Below, in pieces: positions 1-8,063 of a stretch of DNA of 64,000 bases. The stretch lies in the NCBI GenBank assembly GCA_963741955.1, contig CAVUKB010000010.1, positions 160,001 through 224,000 of the forward strand. The letters run 5' to 3'. Source of the stretch: an uncultured Acidobacteriota bacterium (GTDB lineage Bacteria > Acidobacteriota > Thermoanaerobaculia > Gp7-AA8). The stretch's first letter is position 1; the number at the start of each line of letters is the position of its first letter. The position numbers were made by a program, and so were the translations under genes. The notes beneath the pieces were generated by a model. It saw only the letters and a list, made by a program, of their open reading frames with translations, did no database searches and had not been told where the DNA came from.

Positions 1-286
1 TACGGTGATGTCGCGGCTCTACCGGGGACGCAAGATGCTGGAGCGGACGCTGCTCGAGTATGCTCGGAAATACGGTTACATCCGTGGTGCCGAGCCGGCG
101 AAGATGCGTTCCCGCAAGGACGAGCTGAAGAAGAAGAGTAAGGGCAGCAGTCCCACGACGGAAGAGATCGAAGAGCCGGTCGAAACGGATGACGACGACA
201 TCCGGATCCTCGGGGGAGAAGACTCCGAAGAGTTCGAATTCGAGCTCGCCGATGAGGAAGAGGAAGAGGAATTCGACCTCGAATAG
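1..286 (+). CDS. ECF sigma-70 factor, C-terminal part (5' truncated), with basic then acidic tail
   Basis: TVMSRLYRGRKML matches the region 4.2 helix of SigR/SigH-like ECF factors; followed by a zinc anti-sigma gene. Confidence 0.85.
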   Translation, partial: TVMSRLYRGRKMLERTLLEYARKYGYIRGAEPAKMRSRKDELKKKSKGSSPTTEEIEEPVETDDDDIRILGGEDSEEFEFELADEEEEEEFDLE

Positions 287-340
287 GGCCGTTGTGGCTC
301 GATGAGCATCGCCACTGAAACAACGGAAGGGAGAATGCCC

Positions 341-589
341 ATGACGTTGATCTGTGACGAGGTGAAGCGAGTCGCATACTTCTACCTCGATGGTCAGCTC
401 GGCAGGAACAAGACGGACGACTTCGCGAGCCATCTGAAGGCTTGCGGCGATTGTGACGGCAGGATCGTGATCCATCAGCGACTTCGGCGCCTGGTTCAGC
501 ATCGGCTCGCCAGGAGCATCGCCCCGACACCCCTGAAGGACCGCGTTCGCCAGATCTGCCGGTCGGGAGCTCTCGCTCGCCCATCGTGA
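341..589 (+). CDS. Zinc-binding (ZAS/zf-HC2) anti-sigma factor, RsrA-like
   Basis: N-terminal Cys, YLDGQL, HLKACGDC (HxxxCxxC), APTPLKDRV; SD AAGGGAG before ATG 341 (upstream starts possible). Confidence 0.85.
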   Translation: MTLICDEVKRVAYFYLDGQLGRNKTDDFASHLKACGDCDGRIVIHQRLRRLVQHRLARSIAPTPLKDRVRQICRSGALARPS

Positions 590-1164
590 CGCGACAACTC
601 GTCCTGGCGACGTCGAATCCGAACAAAGCGCTCGAAGCCGAACGCATTCTGAGGATTCCTCTTCTCCACGTCGCCGCATCCCTCCCCGAGATCCAGGCCG
701 CAACGGTCGAAGAGATCACTCGACACAAGCTCGAAGTCGCCCGAAGCCTCGGGTACGATTGCCTCATTGTCGAGGATGTATCGCTCGGGTTCGATGAGCT
801 GGGTAACTTTCCCGGTCCCTATGTACGCTGGCTGCTCGAAGCCGCAGGGGGAAAGGGGCTCGGCGCGATCGCGTTCGCCCTTCGCGATCGTTCCGCACTC
901 GCTCAGTGCTGTCTCGGTTACTGGAACGGCCGCGACGTGATCACGTTCCTCGGCGAGACGCGGGGAGAGATTCTGGTCGAGCCGCGGGGAACGAAGAACT
1001 TCGGATGGGATCCGTGGTTCCTGCCGGCGGACGAGGAACAGACGTACGCGGAGCTCCCTCCGGAGCGAAAGGACCGGATATCGCACCGGGGACGCGCGTA
1101 CCGCCGGTTTCTCGAATACCTCCGGGAGTCGGAACCTGACCTCTTCGATGGACAGTCTCGCTGA
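586..1164 (+). CDS. Non-canonical purine NTP pyrophosphatase (HAM1/ITPA/RdgB family)
   Basis: ATSNPNK, LPEIQ, VEDVSL...FPGPYVRW, FGWDP, SHR motifs; GTGA overlap with anti-sigma stop. Confidence 0.93.
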   Translation: MTRQLVLATSNPNKALEAERILRIPLLHVAASLPEIQAATVEEITRHKLEVARSLGYDCLIVEDVSLGFDELGNFPGPYVRWLLEAAGGKGLGAIAFALRDRSALAQCCLGYWNGRDVITFLGETRGEILVEPRGTKNFGWDPWFLPADEEQTYAELPPERKDRISHRGRAYRRFLEYLRESEPDLFDGQSR

Positions 1165-1257
1165 CCCGAGGACAGTCGCTCAACGGCTCAGATTCCCGTG
1201 ACCAATCTAACTCGTTCTTGGATTGGTAGTTATGCCGATGCTGAATCGGCTGGTACC

Positions 1258-1273
1258 TGGCAGGACCCTTGAA
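1258..1273 (+). promoter_or_regulatory. Possible sigma-54-like -24/-12 promoter (imperfect)
   Basis: TGGCAGGACCCTTGAA versus consensus TGGCACGnnnnTTGCW; the -12 C is A. Confidence 0.3.
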
Positions 1274-1322
1274 GTTCACTCCAGTACGGAAGTCGACGAG
1301 ACGACCGGGAAAGGAGTTTGGC

Positions 1323-1505
1323 ATGTGGGTTTTCGATGGAGAAAAATGGGAACAGGACGACGGTCCTTCGCGACGGGAAACAGACCGTGCGCAGGGAGCC
1401 GATGACCGGAACAATGAGGGTCCCTTCCCCGAGTTGCAGATCGTCGAAATTCCTCTCAAGCCGCAGCACGACAACTGCCCGCCGTTTCCTTTTCCTCTTC
1501 CCTAG
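1323..1505 (+). CDS. Small hypothetical protein, 60 aa
   Basis: SD AAGGAG at 1311-1316 before ATG 1323; MWVFDGEKWEQDD...NCPPFPFPLP; fills an otherwise empty gap. Confidence 0.7.
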   Translation: MWVFDGEKWEQDDGPSRRETDRAQGADDRNNEGPFPELQIVEIPLKPQHDNCPPFPFPLP

Positions 1506-1686
1506 CCCGCATTTCTCACAACGTCTCCGCTGCGGAGACGGATAGAGGCCTGTCTACTACGTTGCGCACATCTTCGGCTCCTCAACATAGTCACTACTAT
1601 GCCTTCGTCGCCGAAGCTGCGCGCGCCTTGCATCCAGGCCACTCTCCGCCTCCTCGCGACGAGACGGTGTGAGAAATGCGGGCTAG
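1502..1686. mobile_element. MITE-like element, 185 bp, 26-bp terminal inverted repeats, CTAG at both ends
   Basis: 1502-1527 CTAGCCCGCATTTCTCACAACGTCTC versus reverse complement of 1661-1686 CTAGCCCGCATTTCTCACACCGTCTC (25/26); interior also self-complementary; no transposase. Confidence 0.75.
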
Positions 1687-1717
1687 CCGGAGCGAACCGA
1701 AGAAGGTTCGACTCCGG
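1687..1717. terminator. Hairpin between convergent genes (possible terminator)
   Basis: CCGGAGCGAACC-gaagaa-GGTTCGACTCCGG with one bulge; no clear U tract. Confidence 0.4.
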
Positions 1718-1741
1718 CTCCCTTCCTGACTTCATCCCCCT

Positions 1742-2542
1742 TCACCCCGCCAGTGTCGCGTACGTTTCCAGGTGATGGAAGATCAGCCGGTGCATCAACT
1801 GCGGCGCGACCGCGAGCAGCCGATCGGCGTGGTAGCAACCTGGAATGTCGAGCAGATGGAGCGACTTCGGCTCGTTCGCACGCTGAAACAACGCGATCGA
1901 ATGGCGATGCCCGACCAGCCAGTCGTTTCGCGCGTGGATCAAAGTGATCGGGACTCGAACGCTGGCGACGTCCTCCAGTGCGGAGAGACGGTCGCCTCGC
2001 CAGATCTGCCATTCGAAGCGGGGATGGCGCAAGGCCTGGCCGAGAGAAACGTGTCGATGAATCGTGAATGGATTGATCCGAGGCGAGATCATCGACATCG
2101 TGGCCACAGGCGAGACGAGGAGAAGCGACGACCAGGGGAGATCGTGCCGGACTACCGTGGAGATGGATACAGCGCCGCCGAAGGAAAAACCGAGCAGGGT
2201 GACGGTTCGAGTCGCAGTCGAAGCGAGGAGCGATTCCGTCACGGCCGTGACGTCGAGGTGCTCGTGGCGGTTGAATCCGAAGGTTCCTTGACTGTCGCCG
2301 TGACCCCGAAGATCGAGAATGGCGGCTCGGTATCCGGAGCGAACGAGGTGCGAGGCGAGTGAGCGGAGGGTTCCGTAATTGCGGTCTCGCCAGAATCCGG
2401 GAACAATCAGGACCGTGTGCGGTGAGTCGGCCTCATAGACGTCGAAAGCGATGGAAATGCCGTCCGCAGAGCTCGTCAGGCTCGTCAGTACGGTCGTGGC
2501 TGCCGGGGAAGGGTCAGGGCTCGCAGCCTTTGTCCTTGACAA
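1742..2542 (-). CDS. Alpha/beta-fold hydrolase
   Basis: DLRGHGDS, nucleophile elbow GFSFG, downstream Asp (NDWLV) and His (YHAD); start uncertain (TTG 2542 with GAGGTG upstream, or ATG 2569). Confidence 0.88.
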   Translation of the reverse strand: MSRTKAASPDPSPAATTVLTSLTSSADGISIAFDVYEADSPHTVLIVPGFWRDRNYGTLRSLASHLVRSGYRAAILDLRGHGDSQGTFGFNRHEHLDVTAVTESLLASTATRTVTLLGFSFGGAVSISTVVRHDLPWSSLLLVSPVATMSMISPRINPFTIHRHVSLGQALRHPRFEWQIWRGDRLSALEDVASVRVPITLIHARNDWLVGHRHSIALFQRANEPKSLHLLDIPGCYHADRLLAVAPQLMHRLIFHHLETYATLAG

Positions 2543-2563
2543 CTCTCGACTCACCTCTAATAT
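2536..2563 (+). promoter_or_regulatory. Candidate sigma-70 promoter facing the lipoprotein genes
   Basis: TTGACA (2536-2541), 16-nt spacer, TAATAT (2558-2563). Confidence 0.4.
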
Positions 2564-2865
2564 ATACATCGGTTTCCCCGTGCCACACCCGCGCGGCCGG
2601 TACGTCGCAGTCTCCGCGCCACATCGCCCCCGGAAGCACCGAGCGGGGTCAGGACAGCAGATACCCCTCAGATTCCGGGCCGAACGTGATATGGTAGCGA
2701 TTCCGACGTTCGTGGACTTTAGTCAACTAGCTCTCGGAATTCGTTGGATTTCGAAAAGTGAATACGAAGTGAGGTGATTGAGGCAACCCATCAACACGAT
2801 CGTTCCGTCGATTTCAAACGAACTTTCGAAGAACAGGCAATAACCTGAAGAAGGAGAGATTACCC

Positions 2866-3123
2866 ATGAAGAAGTCGTTCATTCTCGCACTGGTCACGCT
2901 GTTCGCCGTCGCAATGCTCGCGGTCGGCTGCAAGAAACAGGAAACCATCGTCACCGACACCGCCGCGACCGACACCACCATGACCAGCAGCGATACCGGC
3001 ATGACGGACACCGCGATGTCGACCGACACCACGATGACCGATACCACGATGACCGATACCACGATGACCGATACCACGATGACCGATACCACGATGACCG
3101 ACACCACGGGTACCCAGCAGTAA
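2866..3123 (+). CDS. Small lipoprotein with MTDTT tandem repeats
   Basis: SD AAGGAG; MKK, hydrophobic stretch, AVGC lipobox-like site; Thr/Asp/Met-rich mature region. Confidence 0.85.
   Translation: MKKSFILALVTLFAVAMLAVGCKKQETIVTDTAATDTTMTSSDTGMTDTAMSTDTTMTDTTMTDTTMTDTTMTDTTMTDTTGTQQ
3031..3105 (+). repeat. 15-bp in-frame tandem repeat, 5 copies
   Basis: ACGATGACCGATACC x4 exact plus one copy ACGATGACCGACACC. Confidence 0.97.
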
Positions 3124-3143
3124 GTTCTGGGTGAAGCCATTTC

Positions 3144-3176
3144 AGCGCTCCGCCTTTCCGGCGGAGCGCTTTTTTT
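3144..3176 (+). terminator. Intrinsic terminator
   Basis: AGCGCTCCGCC-tttcc-GGCGGAGCGCT followed by T run. Confidence 0.9.
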
Positions 3177-3212
3177 ATGGCATCTCGATTGCTCGACGAT
3201 TCCGCCGGGAAC

Positions 3213-3539
3213 ATGGGGCGAAAAACGGACAAACCCATCTCTTTCGTGCTGGTTGCTCTGGCGGTGTCGCTCTCGGCTTGTACCCGCACCGAACCTGCTG
3301 CGGTCGACACCGCTTCGACTCCTGCCAGTTCGGCGGAGAGCTCCTCGACCGCCGGTCGCGCGAGCGACGGCGGCCTGGTCTCCGGCGTCCCCCGTTCCAC
3401 TGTCACCACGCTGCTCGCTCCGGAGAACACCACTGACGTGACGACGACGTCCGGAGTACCGGAGGGGAAGACTCCGGGATCGACGCCGAAGACGACGACG
3501 GCAACGGGGTCTCCGGACGAGGATACCGGCGTCGACTGA
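3213..3539 (+). CDS. Ser/Thr-rich low-complexity lipoprotein
   Basis: MGRK, hydrophobic stretch, LSAC lipobox; mature part rich in T/S/P/G/D. Confidence 0.7.
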   Translation: MGRKTDKPISFVLVALAVSLSACTRTEPAAVDTASTPASSAESSSTAGRASDGGLVSGVPRSTVTTLLAPENTTDVTTTSGVPEGKTPGSTPKTTTATGSPDEDTGVD

Positions 3540-3571
3540 CGCGGTTGCGATCCGGCCGAGGCGCAGTCGAT

Positions 3572-4198
3572 TCAGCGATTCGGCTGCGAGAGGGTTCTCA
3601 GATCCCGGCGGAGACTCTCGAGCACCGCATCGACCTCACTCTCGGTCTGCTTCCGATCTCCATCGTTCCGGATGATGTAGTCGGCGAGCCGGAGTCGTTC
3701 GCCCCGTGACATCTGCCGCTCCATCCGCCGCACGACTTCTTCTCTCTTCATCCCGCGCTCGACGCCGCGACGGATCTGTAAGTCGGGATCGACGTCGACG
3801 ACGACGATGCGGTCGTAGCGATTCCTTCCGCCCGATTCGAGCAGCAGAGTGGCTTCGACCACCGCGATACGGTCCCGCGGGTCGGATTCCAGCTCCCGGA
3901 GGATCTCGGATTCGCGAGCGATCACCAGAGGATGGATCAGCGCGTTCAGCATCGCCGCGCCTTCCGGAGTCGAAAGCGCACGCGCGGAAAGCACCTCGCG
4001 GTCGATCTCCCCATTCACGGCGAGGACATCCCTTCCGAAGGCCCCCACGATCGCTCGGTATCCGGGCTCGCCAGCACGGTAGAGATCAGCAACGACCCGA
4101 TCGGCGTCGAACACGTCGCAGCCGCGCGCGGCGAACATCGCGGCGACGGTGCTCTTTCCCGACGCGATCCCTCCGGTGAGGCCGACCCGGAGGATCAC
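3572..4198 (-). CDS. coaE: Dephospho-CoA kinase
   Basis: VGLTGGIASGKS P-loop, DAD, IDR, IHP; GTG start overlaps folD stop. Confidence 0.95.
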   Translation of the reverse strand: MILRVGLTGGIASGKSTVAAMFAARGCDVFDADRVVADLYRAGEPGYRAIVGAFGRDVLAVNGEIDREVLSARALSTPEGAAMLNALIHPLVIARESEILRELESDPRDRIAVVEATLLLESGGRNRYDRIVVVDVDPDLQIRRGVERGMKREEVVRRMERQMSRGERLRLADYIIRNDGDRKQTESEVDAVLESLRRDLRTLSQPNR

Positions 4199-5115
4199 CG
4201 CCGGCGCGCCTCGGCTGCACGGACGGTGTTCGCCATGAGCATGGCGATGGTCATCGGTCCGACGCCGCCCGGGACCGGTGTGATCCATCCGGCCACCTCG
4301 CTCGCACCGGGAAACGCGACGTCGCCCGCGAGCACGCGACCCTTTGCTTCGAGCGTCGAGAACTTCTTCGGATCCGCCGTTTTCAACAGCGAGGCCGCCG
4401 GAGTGCCGGGAAGAATCCTGTTCACTCCGACGTCGATCACGATCGCTCCGGGGCGGATCATCGATCGATCGATCAGCAGCGGACGCCCGACCGCGGCGAT
4501 CACGATCTCGCCCTCTCGAACCACGGCGCCGAGGTCGTGCGTTCGTGAATGACAGATGGTGACAGTCGCGTGCCGCGCGAGAAGGAGCGATGCGGCCGGC
4601 TTTCCCACGATGTCGCTCCGTCCCACCACCACGGCGCGTTTCCCGGAGATCGGCTCACCGGTCGATTCGATCAGGCGGATCACCCCCGCAGGCGTGCACG
4701 GGACGAGGGTGGTCTGTCCGAGATGGAGCCGGCCGACGTTCATCGGATGGAACCCGTCGACGTCCTTGGCCGGATCGATTGCCTCGATCATCGTTCGCGA
4801 ATCGAGATGGCCGGGAATCGGGAGCTGGAGGAGAATCCCGTCGATCTCGGGATCGGCATTGAGCCCGTGAATGACTGCGAGGAGATCTTCGGCGGAGATG
4901 GTCGCTTCGAGGTGTTTCTCTTCTCCGCGGATTCCCAACTCGTTCGCCTTCCGAACTTTGTTGCGGACGTAGATCTCGGATGCGGGATCCTCGCCGACGC
5001 GGACGGTGACCAGGGCGGGCTGGATGCCGCGCTCTCCGAGTCTGCCGATCGGCTCTTTCAGTTCCGCCTCGACTCGGGCGGCGACTGCGGTACCGTCGAT
5101 GATCCGGGCGCTCAT
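4195..5115 (-). CDS. folD: Methylenetetrahydrofolate dehydrogenase/cyclohydrolase
   Basis: YVRNK, KDVDGFHP, PCTPAG, GRSDIVGKP, TPVPGGVGPMT. Confidence 0.97.
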   Translation of the reverse strand: MSARIIDGTAVAARVEAELKEPIGRLGERGIQPALVTVRVGEDPASEIYVRNKVRKANELGIRGEEKHLEATISAEDLLAVIHGLNADPEIDGILLQLPIPGHLDSRTMIEAIDPAKDVDGFHPMNVGRLHLGQTTLVPCTPAGVIRLIESTGEPISGKRAVVVGRSDIVGKPAASLLLARHATVTICHSRTHDLGAVVREGEIVIAAVGRPLLIDRSMIRPGAIVIDVGVNRILPGTPAASLLKTADPKKFSTLEAKGRVLAGDVAFPGASEVAGWITPVPGGVGPMTIAMLMANTVRAAEARRR

Positions 5116-5804
5116 GGCTTCTCTCCTCGATAGAAGGTGACGATCCCTCCGCTCAATCGGGCGGCGGTGTTGTTCGAAAACCCGGCCTGCCGCATGAGGG
5201 CGAGGAACCGCTCGCCTTGCGGAAACTCTCCGACCGAGGCAGGGAGGTACTGGTAGGCTTCGCGCCGACCGGTGATCCATCCTCCGATGGCGGGGAGGAG
5301 CCTGTTCAGGTAGATCCGGTAGAAGGCATCGATCGGCCGCGCTGGTCTCGAGAACTCGAGAATGCCTGCGCCCCCTCCAGGCCGGAGAACGCGGAACATT
5401 TCGCGGAGCCCCGCGAGAGGATCGGCGAAGTTTCGGATTCCGAAGGCCACCGTGACCGCGTCGAATGAATCGCCGCGGAATGGAAGGGAGAGCGCGTCGG
5501 CCGAGATCTGAGGAGGCCGGGGGACGAACTGATCGAGTTTCGAGCGGCCGGCCACCAGCATCTCGAAAGTGAAATCCGCGGCCACCGGCCGGTGTTTGCC
5601 GAACCGGATCAGGTCGGCCGTCAGGTCGCCTGTCCCGGAAGCAAGGTCGAGAATCACTCCTCCCGGCCGGGGAAGAATCTGCCGGGCCACGCGCTTTCGC
5701 CATCCGACGTCGAACCGAAGCGACAGGACGTGGTTGGCCCGGTCGTATCGGGGGGCGATCGTGGCGAACATTCGCTGGATCCGACGGGGGTCCTTGTCGA
5801 TCAC
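5112..5804 (-). CDS. ubiE: Menaquinone/ubiquinone C-methyltransferase (UbiE/MenG family)
   Basis: MFATIAPRYDRANHVLS, LDLASGTGD, AFGIRN, RVLRPGG, YQYLPAS; start approximate. Confidence 0.92.
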   Translation of the reverse strand: MIDKDPRRIQRMFATIAPRYDRANHVLSLRFDVGWRKRVARQILPRPGGVILDLASGTGDLTADLIRFGKHRPVAADFTFEMLVAGRSKLDQFVPRPPQISADALSLPFRGDSFDAVTVAFGIRNFADPLAGLREMFRVLRPGGGAGILEFSRPARPIDAFYRIYLNRLLPAIGGWITGRREAYQYLPASVGEFPQGERFLALMRQAGFSNNTAARLSGGIVTFYRGEKP

Positions 5805-6032
5805 GCGCGGGCTTGTATCATGCCGACCGGCCGGGGGCAAGAATTCGGGTCCCGGGAGTCTGCACGGTAGCAACGTCCGTCGCGAGAAGGTCGAGGAGTG
5901 AAGCCTGATTCGTTCGGAGCCGAGGCGTGGCGGGAAGGACTCGGCGGGAACCAGACGGATCGGGGCCGCTGATCTATTTTCGCAGCAGGACGGTTTCTGC
6001 CGCGTAGACCCGCCTCCCGGGGGAATGCTCCC

Positions 6033-6061
6033 TTGACAGCCGGTGTTCGCAGTGTTACGGT
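6033..6061 (+). promoter_or_regulatory. Sigma-70 promoter of rplM operon
   Basis: TTGACA, 17-nt spacer, TACGGT, with extended -10 TG. Confidence 0.75.
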
Positions 6062-6189
6062 TTCGAGCCCTTTGATTGGGCGAGGTGTGCAGTAACGTTT
6101 TTTGAAGAAGTGATCGAGACGCTCACCGGGTTCCGCTCACCTCGAACGAACCACCGATGAGTTCCGAAGTTCCACGCACAGGGAGAGTC

Positions 6190-6624
6190 ATGCGCACGTA
6201 TTTCCCGAAACAGGGAGACATCAAGCCACACTGGTACGTGATCGATGCCGAAGGGCTGGTGCTGGGTCGTCTGTCGACGATGGTGGCGAACCTCCTCTCC
6301 GGCAAGGCCAAGCCGACGTACACACCGTTTCTCGACACCGGCGATCACGTGATCATCGTGAATGCCGAGAAAATTCTCCTGACCGGTCGGAAGGAGAACA
6401 AGAAGCTCTACCGTCATCACTCCGGGTATCCGGGCGGACTGAAGGAGCGAGCGGCTCGCTTCGTTCGGGCCGAGAAGCCGGAGACGATGATCGAGACCGC
6501 GGTTCGCGGAATGCTGCCGAAGAGCAAACTCGGTCGCAAGATGATCAAGAAACTGAAGGTTTATCGCGGCCCGCAGCATCCTCACGAGGCGCAGCAGCCG
6601 GAGAAATTCGAGGTTGCGGGTTAA
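6190..6624 (+). CDS. rplM: 50S ribosomal protein L13
   Basis: [36 protein letters not shown]. Confidence 0.99.
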   Translation: MRTYFPKQGDIKPHWYVIDAEGLVLGRLSTMVANLLSGKAKPTYTPFLDTGDHVIIVNAEKILLTGRKENKKLYRHHSGYPGGLKERAARFVRAEKPETMIETAVRGMLPKSKLGRKMIKKLKVYRGPQHPHEAQQPEKFEVAG

Positions 6625-6640
6625 CCGCAGGGAGGCATTC

Positions 6641-7033
6641 TTGGCATTCGTCGAATATTACGGAACCGGTAGAAGAAAGACGTCGACGGCTCGCGTGCGC
6701 TTGCGCCAGGGGACCGGTGACGTCACAGTGAACAAGCGGACGCTGGACAGCTATTTTCCGAATGAAGTGCTGAAGATGATCATCAAGCAGCCGCTCTCGC
6801 TCACCGAGACGGTCGACAAGTTCGACATCTTTGTGACCGTCGACGGCGGCGGACCGAGCGGTCAGGCCGGCGCGATCCGGCACGGCATCTCCCGGGCACT
6901 CGAAGGCTACAATGCCGAGCTCCGGAAACGGCTGAAGAAAGCAGGGCTGCTGACCCGTGATCCGCGTATGAAAGAGCGGAAGAAGTACGGTCAGAAGGGC
7001 GCGCGTGCCCGGTTCCAGTTCTCGAAGCGCTAG
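6641..7033 (+). CDS. rpsI: 30S ribosomal protein S9
   Basis: GTGRRK...ERKKYG...FQFSKR; TTG start after GGAGG. Confidence 0.99.
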   Translation: MAFVEYYGTGRRKTSTARVRLRQGTGDVTVNKRTLDSYFPNEVLKMIIKQPLSLTETVDKFDIFVTVDGGGPSGQAGAIRHGISRALEGYNAELRKRLKKAGLLTRDPRMKERKKYGQKGARARFQFSKR

Positions 7034-7086
7034 GCTTCGGGCGGATTCGAATGTCGGGCTTCGCTCATTCTCAGGATTCAACCACG

Positions 7087-7120
7087 GGGGCACGGCGGTT
7101 GCCGCGCCCCTGATTTTTTT
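7087..7120 (+). terminator. Terminator/attenuator-like hairpin in the rpsB leader
   Basis: GGGGCACGGC-ggtt-GCCGCGCCCC then TGA and T7. Confidence 0.6.
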
Positions 7121-7159
7121 GTCGAACATCTGAAGAAGAATCGAGGAAAGGAGGATCAG

Positions 7160-7954
7160 TTGGCCGTCGTTATTACAATGAAAGAGCTTTTGGAAGCTGG
7201 CGTCCACTTCGGTCACCAGACCAAGCGCTGGAACCCGAAAATGAAGAAGTACATCTTCGGCAAGCGCAATGGCATTTACATCATCGACCTGCAGAAGACG
7301 CTCAAGCTCTTCAAGGAAGCTTCCAATTTCGTCACGGAGCTCGCCTCTCAGGGGAAGCGGGTTCTTTTCGTCGGTACCAAGCGCCAGGCCCAGGACGCGA
7401 TCGTCGAGGAAGCGAATCGCTGCGGAATGTTCTATGTGAACAACCGCTGGCTGGGTGGCACGCTGACGAACTTCGTCACGGTGCGTCGTTCGATCGAGCG
7501 CCTCAAAGAAGTCGAGGCGGTTCTCAACGACACCGAAAAGGAAATGTCCAAGAAGGAGCGGGCCGCGCTCGACCGGGAACGTGACAAGCTGAACCGGAAT
7601 CTCATCGGCATTCGCGAGATGGACGCGATTCCGGACGCGATCTTCGTGATCGATCCGAAGAAGGAGCACATCGCGGTTCAGGAAGCGAAGAAGCTCGGAG
7701 TTCCGGTCGTCGCAATCGTCGATACGAACTGTGATCCCGACCCGATCGACTACGCGATCCCCGGGAACGACGATGCGATCCGCGCGATTCGTCTGTTCAC
7801 ACAGAAGGTCGCCGACTCGGTCCTGGAAGGATACCGTCTGGCTGAAGAAGCGTACATGGCTGCCGAGGACAAGCAGCAGCTGGAAGAAGAAATGCAGGTC
7901 CAGCAGGCGTCCGAGGAATCTACGGAAGCAGCCGCCGCTCCTCCGACTTCCTGA
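7160..7954 (+). CDS. rpsB: 30S ribosomal protein S2
   Basis: [29 protein letters not shown]; TTG start after AAGGAGG. Confidence 0.99.
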   Translation: MAVVITMKELLEAGVHFGHQTKRWNPKMKKYIFGKRNGIYIIDLQKTLKLFKEASNFVTELASQGKRVLFVGTKRQAQDAIVEEANRCGMFYVNNRWLGGTLTNFVTVRRSIERLKEVEAVLNDTEKEMSKKERAALDRERDKLNRNLIGIREMDAIPDAIFVIDPKKEHIAVQEAKKLGVPVVAIVDTNCDPDPIDYAIPGNDDAIRAIRLFTQKVADSVLEGYRLAEEAYMAAEDKQQLEEEMQVQQASEESTEAAAAPPTS

Positions 7955-8063
7955 TTCGGCCGAATCCGCCGAAGTTCTGCGAGCCGCGGCACCGTGCCCC
8001 CGGGCATCGATGCCGCGGCCACCGCGCCCATCGATCAATCACAAATTCGTCTGGAGAATCGAA

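Noticed and set aside
3031-3105. Tandem repeat as a CRISPR array
   Set aside because: No spacers, 15-bp in-frame unit inside a CDS, and no cas genes.
2814-3140. Antisense ORF with VVSVI repeats
   Set aside because: Mirror of the MTDTT repeat; the + strand has the SD, signal peptide and terminator.
4195-5703. Apparent 502-aa FolD with a long N-terminal extension
   Set aside because: The extension is an alternative frame of ubiE; folD has its own SD and ATG at 5115.
7731-8063. N-terminal extension of EF-Ts in the ORF track
   Set aside because: Overlaps rpsB and the spacer; SD plus ATG at 8064 gives a normal EF-Ts.
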